Shown here: positions 32,071-45,432 of the stretch, one piece after another
Layout of the letters: each line of letters opens with the position of its first letter
Numbering within the stretch: the stretch's first letter is position 1
Assembly (NCBI GenBank): GCA_030390025.1
Contig: CM059425.1
Span: 167,030,001 to 167,094,000 of the forward strand
Length of the DNA: 64,000 nt
Source: Squalus acanthias
Taxonomy: Eukaryota
Direction of reading: 5' to 3'
The notes under the pieces: model-generated
The model's database searches: none
The model's input: the letters and a program-made list of their open reading frames with translations, nothing else
Told to the model about the DNA's origin: nothing
Program-made: the position numbers and the translations under genes

Positions 32071-35000
32071 GGTGAGGACAGAGTTGATAGGTGAGCAGGA
32101 CATAGCATGGGATAGGATGCAAGTGGCGGCAGTTTGAACTGGTTGGATTTTATGTAGGACGGAGCTCAGAAGGACAACAAGGAGCACTCTGGACAAACTG
32201 ACCTCGGATGCGGCAAAGGCTGGTTTTAGCAGCAGAGATGGGGGAGTGAGGTTTGGATGGAGGCAGGCAATATTTTGGATGTGGCAATAATTGCATTGGT
32301 GGTAGAAAGCATATGAGCTTTGAAGCTCAGCAGCAATACTGAGGTTGTACACCTCTGGGTTTAGCCTAAGTCAGCAGCAAGGAAGAGAGATGAAATCAGG
32401 GTCTCGGATGCATGATTCCTGGTGGGTGCCAAGCAGGATGGCTTTGATCTAGCCAATGTTAAGCTGGAGAAAATTCTGGCTCCTTGATGTTGAACAAGTA
32501 GTCAGACAGCACGGTAACAGTCATGGAGTTGAGCGTGGTAGTGGAGAGATAACACTGGCTGGGAAACTGACCATGTAATAAGAGATAAACATTATAGATT
32601 AAGAGATTGAATTTTTGTGGAGATTCTCCCGATCATCCACCATAACTCCAGAGGAAGATCTCAGGTACTTCGTGTAATTGTATAAATGGTGCAGCAATTG
32701 GATATCGAAACAGAAATTACTATGGTTGTTTGAACATATGGTGAGTGGAATGAAATGTTATTTTGTGTTGAAGATTGCACTGACCAGGGACTAGAATTTA
32801 CTTTGTCTTGTCTGGGCAATGCCTGGGGTACTTTATATTTGCATTTACTTGACTATAATGTAATACTGTTACACAATGCTGTGAAGTATATAATATTCAG
32901 CTTATTTTGGCAGGTATAAATACATTATAAGTTTTGTTTTGTGATGGACTACTGTAACATTTTTAATTCATTCAGTCCAGACTTCTGGAATTTTAGGTCA
33001 TATATTAAAGAATTCTAAATTGATTTTTGGCACCATTTCATTCACAGTTTTAGTTATGCTCATCTTTTGACGAATACTGTATTTCTTTACTCATTTTAGG
33101 AAAGTATTAAATTTCATTATGAGCTAGAGTCTAGGGCAATAAATGCCAACGATCTTGGATAAATGATGGGACTGCAGGCAGTGGAAATCTGTTATATTGA
33201 AAATGTTAGCTTAGAGCAAAATTCCTATTAGACTATACCTACAGATCTTAAAGTCTGGATCTTTCGTGACAGAAGCTAAAAATTGGCCCACATGGTGCTT
33301 CAGCTAGAAGCTGCTAGCTGGCTCTGGGAATAAAGTGGCACTGTATTTGCAGAGAGTAAATATATGTTTCAGAAATTGCAAGATTCCATTCAAGCAGGAA
33401 ATACATTTAGCTCCCCAAAACTGAGATTATAAGATTTATTGTTTCTGCCCTAAAGCATTTAGCTCTCACACTGCCTTGATTTCTGAGTCTACATATACCT
33501 CTAATAAACCAAATAAAAGGCTGTCTTGCCATTTAAATATCAAACCTAACAAATTAATATTTGGGGCCTCGGCACAGTTCTTTATACTAAACAAATGGCA
33601 AAATGTCTCCCAAAGCAGGAATCCTAGTTAACTGTTACAGACCATGACAAAAACTGCTGATATTAATTTTCAGGACCCATTCACTTCAAAAAGCTTGGGG
33701 AAAAAAAGGTAACATTTATGACTTATTTCCAATATTTGTGACAAAGCTGTTTGAGCCTAATGTAACTAAATCTAGTGTGATCAACTATCAGGCTAAGAAT
33801 TGTTCCCGACAATCAAATGATCCAATCACTAAATCATAATTTATAGCTAACTCAATCAGTCAGCAGACAGAACCATCACCTTTACAGGAGGATGCTGATC
33901 CTTTTTATTTTTGGAACTTACATTACAAATATCTTATTATTAAGTATTTTTTTGTTCTGTTACATTATGTTACTTCATTGCAGTAAAAAATATAATGCAA
34001 AAATATTGAATGATGCCACAAGACTATCAATCAACGCCAATGTGATTTATTTTTCTAGCCAGCGCTATCCCATCATGTGTGCTTACTAATGCAATGCATT
34101 GTTCTGTATTTCATTGTTATTTCATTGTTAATAAATGTGATTGCTTTATTTTAGGGTAGATTTGATTATAATCTCACAAGCAGAATAGAGAGTTTGTGTT
34201 ATTTGTTTGCAGCTGCAGTATAATAATAGAGTAAAAAATAACAGAAGTGCCATGTCAGATTGTGATGTTTCAGGCCATGAGATATCTTATGATGTAATAG
34301 ACATTAGGGATACAACTGGACCTGTTTTGGGTCAGATTAATTGGTTGCATCCCTGAATCTGAGTCAGTTCAGACACTCCTGGTTTGAGCTGCCACATCCT
34401 TTTAAAGGGTTGCTCTGCATTGCTATACCTCAATTTTCATTATTCGTTCCTAAGTTTACCTGACAGCATGGAAGGCAATAAATCAGTTTTGAATCAACAA
34501 ATGACAAATGTGGCCTTTTAAATAGTATTATTATTATTACCTGATAGTCTAGTGTGTGTGAGTTTATCGAGGAGGTGATAGAGGAGGTGGCGATGGTATT
34601 TGGCTCTTTAAAAAATGATAAACTTTTAAAAATCTGATTCTGAATAGTAGGAAGAGAACTATTTGGCCTTGTAGATGTACATCACTATGGTATATAGAGG
34701 AAGGGAACAATCTGGCACTGTAATACATATGCTTGCCTCAGCTGCCTGGTAAATCAGTAGGCAGAGGGCAATAATGCAGCCTCATGGTAGTGATGTAGAA
34801 TCCAATTAGTGATAGATTAACTAAATGGTGGCAATTCAAGTATTCCATTCGGCACAGTGATCCCTGTGTTGCTGGGCTGGGAGGGTAGGCTTTTGTTCTC
34901 CATGGAGAGTAGCAGACCAGGGATAAACAGTAAGATGTGGGAAGAGATCAATATTCTGGAGCTTTGCTTCACTACCATTGAGGATCAGAAAGAGTTCATG

Positions 35001-35613
35001 CAGAACTTTCCCTCAGGAGATCAAATGAACAGGATTGAGTTCTTAATAGGGTAGGTTTTGAATGGTCTCTGGAAGAAATGGGTTTTGTGGGCTTTCTTAT
35101 GTTCATATAACTAACCAGTCTTATTTGCTTTGTGCGAATTTTGCTGCTGCTTGGGAATGAAACATTTTCAAGGACTCCCAAGTGTAACATTGTTAGATGT
35201 ACAATCCGCGCAAGGATCAGTGATGGGACTTTTGATATTCGCACTGTCTATCAATGATGTGGAATTGGGGATAGCGGCAAAGCTGTCAAAATTTGCCTAT
35301 GACACCAAGATGAAGGAATTGCAAGCAATTAAGAGCAGGCTGACCAATTGCAGAGGGATCTAAATAGATTGGAAAGTTGGGTTGAGAAATAGCAAATTAA
35401 ATTCAATGTTGACAAGTGTAAAGCAATGAGACTAGGGAAGGAGAATAAACAATTATTCTCCAGGCATTATTGAACATACGAATGCATCAACCATCTGGGC
35501 AACTGAGTCAATGCTATTTACTTTTGTGATGATGATAAATGATCCTTTAGCTTCTCCACAGCATCTAGAAAGCTAAAAAAAAGAAAGCAGCTGGTTAAAA
35601 TGATGATCATATA

Positions 35614-36590
35614 TTGATATATATTAATGACTTGGACGTGGGTGTACAGGGCACAATTTCAAAATTTGCAGATGACACAAAACCTGGAAGTATAGTGAAC
35701 AGTGATGAGGATAGTGATAGACTTCAAGAGGACATAGACAGGTTTGTGGAATGGGCGGACACGTGGCAGATGAAATTTAACGCAGAAAAGTGTGAAGTGA
35801 CACATTTTAGAAGAAAGAATGAAGTGAGGAAATATAGACTAAAGGGTACAATTCTAAAGGGGATGCATGAACAGAGAGACCTAGGGGTATATGTGCACAA
35901 ATCGTTGAAGGTGGCAGGGCAGGTTGAGAAAGCAGTTAAAAAAGCTTATGGGATCCTAGGCTTCATGAATAGAGGTATAGAGTACAAAAGCGTGGAAATT
36001 ATGATGAACCTGTATAAAACACTGCTTTCGGCCTCAACTGGAGTATTGTGTCCAATTCTGGGCACCGCACTTTAGAAAGGATGTGAAGGCCTCAGAGAGG
36101 GTGCAGAAAAGATTTACGAGAATGATTCTAGGGATGAGGGACTTCAGTTACGTGGATAGACTGGAGAAGCTGGGGTTGTTCTCATTAGAGCAGAGAAGAT
36201 TGAGAGGAGATTTGATCGAGGTGTTCAAAATCATGAGGGGTCTGGACAGAGTAGATAGAGGGAAACTGTTCCCATTGGCAGAAGGGTCGAGAACCAGAGG
36301 ACACAGATTTAAGGTGATTGGCAGAAGAACCAAAGGCGACAAGAGGAAAATCTTTTTTACGTAGCGAGTGGTTAGGATCTGGAATGCACTGCCTGAGAGG
36401 GTGGTGGAGGCAGATTCAATCATGGCTTTCAAAAGGGAATTCGATAAGTACCTGAAGGAAAAAAAATTACAGGGCTATGGGGAAAGGGCGGGGGAGTGGG
36501 ACTAGCTGAAGTGCTCTTGCAGAGAGCTGGCATGGGCTCGACGGGCCGAATGGCCTTTTTCCATGCTATAACCATTCTATGATTCTATGA
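35614..36590 (+). mobile_element. CR1 LINE 3' fragment
   Basis: YINDLD, KFADDTK, RRLRGDLI, TRGH; (TTCTATGA)n tail. Confidence 0.9.
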
Positions 36591-37566
36591 TTATGGGCAA
36601 AATGATCACTTAAATGACAGGCTACTTATTCAAAAATCACTGAATTCAGGAAGCTAATAGTTGAAAATTCTCATTAAAACAAAAGGAGGAAAAAAATCAG
36701 AGCTACTGTCAAAGGATAAAAGAAAGATAATCAGTCCTTGAAACATAGGCATCATTGGAGCCATAAGAAAGCAAAACATGCAGTAACAAGGTAGTTGATA
36801 AGATGTGTGTGCATGAGGGCCTCACACAGCCATGGTTTTTAAGGAGCTCTTATTGACTAGTACCAGTTCCAGTTAAAAGTACACACTAGATACATGTAGG
36901 TAACAGGAGAGGCTCTGCTCTGCATCAGAGCACAATGAAACCAAGTGCTACACGTCATTAAAATGTGCCATTTAATTTTTGCTAGTGTGTGATTTTATTT
37001 GAATTTATTTTCTGTAGTTCTCCACATTGGTGATATTACACCTTGGGAATGAGGATTCATTCCAAAGTAAGTTCAATGTTTGACTGATTTCTACTGTGGT
37101 TCTCATTTTTTTACCTGATTCTTTATTTCATTTGTCAGGTAGTTTTACGTGCATCAATTTCTATTGGCCTGCACCTATTTCTTATCTATATGCGGCCCCT
37201 CAGTGACATCATCCAAAAACACAACATGAAGTTCCACATGTATGCTGATAACACCCAGCTCCAGCTCACCACCACCTCTCTTGACCCCTCCACTGCCCGT
37301 GATTTGTCACGCTGCTTGTCCAACATCCAGTATTAGAAGAGCAAAAATTTCCTCCAATTAAATATTGGGAAGACTGAATCCATTTGGGGGAATGTTAACA
37401 TTAAAGAGTGAGTGTGTTTGGGAGTGGGTGGGTGGTTAAATGCACTGAAATTGACAGCGCTTCGGGAAGCCGGCTCCAACCCGCTGACTTTTGCATTTCA
37501 CTCGAGCGCGTTCGGCTGTGTACGAGAAACCCCCTTGGGAGAGGCGGGTTACCAATTTAAAGCTAT

Positions 37567-38645
37567 TAAGAAGTCGATGGGAATCAGGGGAAAGACTCTC
37601 CACTGGCTGGAGTCATACCTAGCACAAAGGAAGATGGTTGTGGTTGTTGGAGGCCAATCATCTCAGTCCCAGGACAGCGCTGCAGAAGTTCCTCAGGGCA
37701 GTGTCCTAGGCCCAACCATTTTCAGCTGCTTCACCAATGAACTTCCCTCCAACATAAGATCAGAAGTGGGGATGTTCGCTGATGACTGCACAGTATTCAG
37801 TTCCATTTGCAATTGCTCAGATAATGAGTCAGTCTATGCCCGCATGCAGCAAGACCTGAACGACATTTAGGCTTGGGCTGATAAGTGGCAAGTAACATTC
37901 GTGCCACAGAAGTGCCAGGCAATGACTATCTCCAACAAGAGAGTTTCTAACCACCGCCCTTTGACATTCAACGGCATTACCATCACCGAATCCCCCAATA
38001 TCAATATCCTGGGGGTCACCATTGACCAGAAACCTAACTGGACCAGCCACATAAATACTGTGGCTACAAGAGCAGGTCAGTGGCTGGGTATTCTGCGGCA
38101 CGTGTCTCACCTCCTGACTCCCAAAGCCTTTCCACAAGGTACAAGTCAGGAGTGTGATGAAATAATCTCCACTTGCCTGGATGAGTGCAGCTCAACAACA
38201 CTCAAGAAGCTCAACACCATCCAGGACAAAGCAGCCCGCTTGATTAGCACCCCATCCACCACCTTAAACATTCACTCCCACCACCACTGGCATACCGTGG
38301 CTGCAGTGTGTACCATCTACAAGATGCACTGCAGCAATTCGCCAAGACTTCTTCCACAGCACCTCCCAAACCCACAAACTCTACCACCTAGAAGGACAAG
38401 GGCAGCAGGTGCATGGGAACACCATCACCTCCAAGTTCCCTCCAAGTCACAGACCATCTTGACTTGGAAATATATCGCCGTTCCTTCGTAGTTGCTGGTT
38501 CAAAATCCTGGAACTCCCTCCCTAACAGCAGTGTGGGAGTACCTTCACCACACGGACTGCAGCGGTTCAAGAAGGTGGCTCAGCTAGGAATAGGCAATAA
38601 ATGCTGGCCTTGCCAGCGACACCCACATCCCAGGAATGAATTAAA
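37567..38645 (+). mobile_element. LINE 3' fragment (MEYSP family) nested in a Harbinger
   Basis: VPQGSVLGP, FADDC, WNSLP, 3' tail with AATAAA. Confidence 0.8.
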
Positions 38646-38825
38646 AATAAGGTAGTTAACGAGTTTTTTAACAGGGGTTTTCAACTTTCTCTGTGGGTGC
38701 ACCGGTTTCCTGGGCTTCCTGGACCTCGCCAGTGAGAGCAAGGTGAGAACACAGCGGCAATTGAAGGGGCTGAAGAAATAACAGGCAAAAAATCGTATAA
38801 GTACTGAGACCGCACACCTGCTTTC

Positions 38826-39432
38826 TTGCCTAAGTTCAAACCTGCCGCTCCACAGGAGAGAGGGGATGAGTACAGAGGTTCAGCTCGTAGGAGGCGATAC
38901 CCGCAACACTGGGTATATAGGCAGAGGATCAGCTTCCTTGACATGTCCGAACACCCGTGCCTCAGGAAGCTCAGGGTATCGCGTCAGGTCACGGCAGACA
39001 TTTGCACCCTGCTGGAACAAAACCTGCTGCCAACTGGACCTGGGGGCCACGCTTTACCAATGGCTATCAAAGTGACTACTGCCCTCAACTGCTTTGCAGG
39101 AGACTTTTGCAGGGTTTCGCAGTTGGCTGCCTACAAATGCATTACACAGGTGACCAATGCCATGTTTGCCAGGGCAGGCAATTATGTACACTTTGCCACC
39201 GATGAAGCCAGTCAAAATGAGCGGGTGCTCGGCTTTTCGGCTCTGGCTGGCTTCCCAGAGGTGTAGGGCGTCATCGACTGCACACGTGGCTATCAAGGCT
39301 CCCCCAGATCACCCAGGAGTCTTCTTGAACCATAAAGGCTTCCACTCCATCAATGTGCAGCTCGTCTACAACCACAAAAAGTTCATTATGTAGGCGTGTG
39401 CAAGATTCCCAGGGAGCTGCCATGATGCATTC
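38826..39432 (+). pseudogene. Harbinger (HARBI1-like) transposase remnant
   Basis: [46 protein letters not shown]. Confidence 0.8.
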
Positions 39433-39945
39433 TGTAAGATCCCAGAGGGACCCTGGTTCCAAATGATTCGAGGTTGACCCATATTGGGGACAGTGATTTA
39501 ACTTTATTCAGCACAAGCAAGACTTAATACATTACAGTATACGAGCAGCATTTTACAGAGTATAATTGAGACTTATATTACCCCTTATACGCTGGGTAGA
39601 AGCCACAACTGTAAGCTGAACGCTGTGTCTCTTGTCTCTTGTCCCTCTTTGTCTTCTGAGTGCCTCTAATTCTTCCTGAAGTTTTCTACTCTTTCTGAAA
39701 TCTTCTACTCCTGAAATCTTCTACCCTTTGTGCCTGTTAAGACCCTCTTCTTTTACCCTTACTCTCATTCAAAACCTATGGAGTCCTCCTGAACCAATCA
39801 CTGGCTGACACCCAAACCCAAAATCCAATCATAAAGATGCCACGTTCATAGCACCTTGGCTTACGCAGGTTCTAGTCTTATGAGACCCCTACATCATCTG
39901 TTTTTGACCATCAAGATTCATATCTGGGGTAGTTACGGCAATACA
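39433..39945 (-). mobile_element. Truncated LTR-like fragment
   Basis: Begins TGTAAGATC like the 12393 solo LTR, interrupts the Harbinger transposase at CHDAF, minus-strand AATAAA at ~39502; right boundary uncertain. Confidence 0.45.
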
Positions 39946-39949
39946 AAGC

Positions 39950-41010
39950 AACGAACCTGGTCAGGAACAGAGAGGAGAGAAAAAAAAGAAAACATCCAGG
40001 CATGACATCACAGGATAGCTGGTAACTGATTGGTTGGTAAAAGTCACGTCGTTTTGTTTGCCCTTCAAGTTAGGGGCTGGGGTTAAATAGCTGGCTAGGA
40101 ATTAGGCAGAAACTTGGAGATTAATAAAAGTTAAATTAGTAACTGTTATATTAATAACTTGAATCAGATACATCTTTGTCTTAAGTTTCTGTAAGTTAGT
40201 TAATAGCCTATTAAATAGAGGCATGGCACGGCAGCTCAATCCCGTGGAATGCACATCCTGTGCCATGTGGAAAATCCAGGATGCTTCCCGTGTCCCGGAC
40301 AACCACGTGTGCAGGAGGTGTCGTCAGCCTGCCAACCTGAAAATGACTTGTTAATTCCTACTCTCTGTTTTCTGTTCGTTAACCAAACCTCAAACCATGT
40401 TGATATATTCCCCCCCAATCCCACAAGGCCTAATTTTGTATAATAACCTCTTGTGTGGCACCTTATCGAATGTTTTTTGAAAATCCAAATACACTACATC
40501 CACTGATTCCCCCTTATCCACCCTACTAATCTCAAAAAACTCTAACAGATTTGTCAAACATGATTTCCCTTTCATAAATCCGTGTTGACTCTGCCCAAGC
40601 ATATTATGATTTTCTAAGTGCCCTGATATGACATCCCTAATATTACATTCTAGCATCTTCCCTACTACTGATGTCAGGCTAACTGGTTTATAGTTCTCAG
40701 GTTTTCTCTTTCCCTCCTTTCTTGAATAATGGGGTTACACTTGCTACCTTCCAATCCACGGGAACCGTTCTAGAATCTAGGGAATTCTGGAAGATCAAAA
40801 CCTATGCATGCACTCTCTCTGAAGCCACCTCTTTTAAAACCGTAGGATGTAGGCCATTAAGTCCAGGGGATTTGTCAGTTTTTAGTCCCATCAATTTCTC
40901 CAGTACTACTTCTTTACTAATACTAATTTATTTAAGTTCCTCATTCTCACCTCACCAGATCCTTTGTTCCCCACTATTTCTGAATGTTTCTTGTGTCTTC
41001 TACCGTGAAG
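39950..41010. mobile_element. CR1 pieces: 5'UTR/ORF1 start (+) joined to inverted ORF2 (-)
   Basis: MARQLNPVECTSCAMW...HVCRRC on +; QHGFMKGKSCLTNLLEFF on -. Confidence 0.7.
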
Positions 41011-42654
41011 ACAAATTTATCCTTCTAAATATTTGAGCTCTACATATTGGGGATATTTTATGGTCGCCAATGATATATTTCCTCCAGTGAGGCTGCTTGA
41101 ATAACTTGTGTACATTATGATCAGAATCATACATGGAAAAGTAACGCACAATACAATCTACTTCTCTTATTTCAAAGTTGCTAATTGAAATTAGCACTAA
41201 ATACCTTCCTTGCTATGTTATTTACTTTGCTTAATTCAAATTAATGGAAAATTCCATTTTTTTTAGCACAAAAACTAACTGACTTATCATGAGTAAACTT
41301 AAATCCCGAGACCATGAAGCACAGCATTGGGCCGGGCCATCTCACGATGCATGGTGTTAGTTAAACTTTTTTCTGCACCCTTCAACTCGAAAAACTTTTG
41401 TGCCGTAACTTGCTGGAAGTACGAGCTGATAATGGCGCAATGAGGGCAATGGGGCATCTGGGACCTTAGTGAATGATGGGAACAGTAGCATAGTGGTTAT
41501 GTTACTGGACCAGTAATCCAGAGGCTTGGACTAATAATCCAGCGACGTGAGTTCAAATCCCACCACGGCAGCTGTGGAATTTAAATTCAGTTAATTAAAT
41601 AAATCTGGAATAAAAAGCTAGTATCAGTAATGGTGACCATGAAATTACCAGATTGTCGTAAAAACCCACCTGGTTCACTAATGTCCTTTAGGGAAGGAAA
41701 TCTGCCGTCCTTACCTGGTCTGGCCTATATGTGACTCCAGACCCACAGTAATATAGTTGACTCTTAACTGCCCTCTGAAATGGCCTCGCAAGCCACTCAG
41801 TTTTAACAAACCGCTACAAAGAAGAATAAAACTGGACGGACCACCCAGCATCGACTTCGGACACAACAACGGCACACCCAGCCCAGTTGACCCTGCAAAG
41901 TCCTCCTGGGGACTTGTGCCAATATTGGGAGAGCTGTCTTAGTCATACTAACAGAATCATACCTTTCTGCCAATGTCCCATCACCACCCATCAGAGGTGG
42001 CGGCACAGTGATATACAGTCGGGAGGGAGTGGCCCTGGGAATCCTCAACATTGACTCCGGACCCCATGAAGTCTCATGGCTTTAGGTCAAACACGGTCAA
42101 GGAAACCTCCTGCTGATTATCACCTACTGCCCTCCCTCAGCTGATGAATCAGTACTCCTCCATGTTGAACACCACTTGGAAGAAGCACTGAGGGTAGCAA
42201 GGGCACAGAATGTACGTTCTGTGGCGGACTTCAATGTCCATCACCAAGAGTGGCTCAGTAGCACCATTACTGACCGAGCTGGCCAAGTCCTGAAAGACAT
42301 AACTGCCAGACTGGGCCTGCAGCAGGTGGTGAGAAAACCAACACGAGGGAAAAACCTATTTAATCTCGTCCTCACCAATCTACCTGTCACAGATGCATCT
42401 GTCCATGACAGTATTGTTAGCAGTGATCGTCGCACAGTCCTTGTGGAGATGAAGTCCCATCTTCACAATGAGGACACCCTCCATCGTGTTGGGTGGCACG
42501 ACCATCGTGCTAAATGGGATAGATGGCAGCTCAAAACTGGGCATCCATGAGGTGCTGTGGGCCATCAGCAGCAGCAGAATTGTTTTCCACCACAATCTGT
42601 AACCTCATGGTCCGGCATATCCCTCACTCTACCATTAACATCAAGCCAGGTGAC

Positions 42655-45432
42655 GGAGTAGGCCACTCGGCCCTTCGAGCCTGCTCCGCCATTCAATAAG
42701 ATCATGGCTGATCCGATTACTCCACATTCCCGCCTACCCCCGATAACTTTTCACCCCCTTGCTTACCAAGAATCTATCTACCTCTGCCTTAAAAATATTC
42801 AAAGACTCTGCTTCCACCGCCCTCTGAGGAAGAGAGTTCCAAAGACTCACGACCCTCTGTGAGAAAAAATTTCTCCTCATCTCTGTCTTAAGTGGGCGAC
42901 CCCTTATTTTTAAACAGTGACCCCCTAGTTCTAGATTCTCCCACAAGAGGAAACATCCTCTCCACATCCACCCTGTCCAGACCCCTCAGGATCTTATATG
43001 TTTCAATCAAGTCACCTCTTATTCTTCTAAACTCCAGCAGATACAAGCCTAGCCTGTCCAACCTTTCCTCATAAGACAACCCGCCCATTCCCGGTATTAG
43101 TCTAGTAAACCTTCTCTGAACTGCTTCCAAAGCATTTACATCCTTCCTTAAATAAGGAGACCAATACTGTACACAGTACTCCAGATGTGGTCTCACCAAT
43201 GCCCTGTATAACTGAAGCATAACCTCCCTACTTTTGTATTCACTTCCCCTCGCAATAAACAATAACATTCTATTAGCTTTCCTAATTACTTGCTGGACCT
43301 GCATAGTAACCTTTTGTGATTCATGCACTAGGACACCCAGATCCCTCTGCATCTCAGAGCTCTGCAATCTCTCACCATTTAGATAATATGCTTCTTTTTT
43401 ATTCTTCCTGACAAAATGGACAACTTCACATTTTCCCACATTATACTCCATTTGCCAGATCTTTGCCCACTCACTTAACTTATCTATATCCCTTTGTAGC
43501 CTCCTTATGTCCTCTTCACAATTTACTTTCCTACCTATCTTTGTGTCATCAGCAAATTTAGCAACCATACCTTCGGTCCCTTCATCCAAGTCATTTATAT
43601 AAATTGTAAAAAGTTGAGGCCCCAGCACTGATCCCTGTGGCACACCACTCGTTACATCTTGTCAATCAGAAAATGACCCATTTATGCCTACTCTCTGTTT
43701 ACTGTTAGCTAGCCAACCTTCTATCCATGCCAATATGTTACCCCCTACACCATAAGCTTTTATTTTCCGCAATAACCTTTGATGTGGCACCGTATCAAAT
43801 GCCTTCTGGAAATCTAAGTACAGTACATCCACAGCACGTTACTTCCTCAAAGAACTCCAATAAATTGGTTAAACATGATTTCCCTTGCACAAAACCATGT
43901 TGACTCTGCCTGATTACTTTGAACTTTTCTAAATGCCCTGCTATAACATCTTTAATAATGGCCCAGAAATTTGACTCGGAGGCTTGCCGCGGGGGTAAGG
44001 ATCGCGCGCGATATCACACTCCACGCCGGCCGTTGTGTTTTGGGCCCACAGGAACTTCGGGTCCTGGGCCTCTCCCTAGTGCCGGCGCGCAGTGCTTGCG
44101 TGTCTCAGGGGCGCAGTTAGTGCGATGCGACCTCTGGGATCACGTGGGCCATGGAGAGCCAATGGAAGCAGACCATCTTTCATTCATAGATTTGACAGGA
44201 GACCTGTCAAATCTGTGAATTGAAAGAGACCCCAAAAGAACAGCTAAACCTCAAATAAATTTAAAAAAACATTACATTAATAAAATAACTATAGTTAAAT
44301 AAATTAACAACTTTAAACAAAAATTGAAATTTTTGAAAAAAATTTAAAAAAAATTTAAAAGTTATAAAAATAAACTTACGTTTCTTTACATTCTCTAAAA
44401 AAGATAAACCTGTTGAAAAAAATTAAAAATTATACTTAATTAACTACTTACCTTGTTTAAAAGGGGTCTTACGCCTCCTTTTTTCTTGTGTAAAATCTTC
44501 CATACTTACCCTCGCGTTGAAACCTGAAAAAAAACTTAAGTGTGCTGCGTGCGCACAGCCTCTAGTGCGCACGCGGTTTACTTAGGAACCGCCCCCTTCG
44601 CCATACCGGCAGTGCATGCAGGAAACCGGCACTTCGGGACCGAATACAGGTGAGTACGCAGCGGGTACTCTCCCGTATTCGGCCGAATTTTTGGGCCAAT
44701 AGCTTCTAACATCTTCCCGATGACAGATGTTAAGCTAACTGGCCTGTAGTTTCCTGCTTTCTGTCTCCCTCCCTTTTTGAATAAAGGAGTTACATTCGCT
44801 ATTTTCCAATCTAATGGAACCTTCCCCGAATCTAGGGAATTTTGGAAAATTAAAACCAACGCATCAACTATCTCACTAGCCACTTCTTTTAAGACCCTAG
44901 GATGAAGCCCATCAGGACCCGGGGACTTGTCAGCCCGCAGCTCCAACAATTTGCTCAGTACCACTTCCCTGATGATTATAATTTTCTTGAGTTCCTCCCT
45001 CCCTTCCATTTCCTGATTTACAGCTATTTCTGGGATGTTACTTGTATCCTCTATAGTGAAGACCGATGCAAAATACCTGTTCAATTCAACTGCCATCTTC
45101 TTATTTTCCATTATTAGTTCCCCAGACTCACTTTTTATAGGACCAACGTTCACTTTGTTAACTCTTTTCTGTTTTAAATATCTATAGAAACTCTTACTAT
45201 CTGTTTTTATATTTCTAGCTAGCTTTCTTTCGTACTCTAATTTTTCTCTCCTTATTAATCTTTTAGTCATTCTTTGCTGCTTTTTTTATATTCTGTCCAA
45301 TCTTCTGACCTGCCACCCATCTTTGCGCAATTATATGCTTTTTCTTTAAGTTTAATACTACCTTTAACGTTTTTAGTTAACCATGGATGGTGGGTCCTCC
45401 CCTTGGAATTTTTCTTTCTTATTGGAATGTAT
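42655..45432 (-). mobile_element. Young CR1 LINE (5'-truncated) with nested MITE
   Basis: Long intact ORF2 segments (KSPGPDGLHPRVLKE, NYRPVSLTS, FADDTK). Confidence 0.92.
43960..44697. mobile_element. Harbinger-like MITE
   Basis: TIR GGCCCAGAAATT/AATTTTTGGGCC with exact AAT TSD, splits CR1 ORF2. Confidence 0.8.

Noticed and set aside
31307..32122. 271-aa ORF as an intact gene
   Set aside because: Chimeric reading of an L2 fragment, CR1 RT and the LTR edge
32600..34600. AT-rich non-repeat DNA with a GTGAGT donor-like site (~32742); possible exon or conserved non-coding element
   Set aside because: No convincing acceptor-ORF-donor unit; conservation cannot be judged without alignments
41484..41570. 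tRNA gene
   Set aside because: A/B boxes are present but no proper cloverleaf; it is a retroposon head
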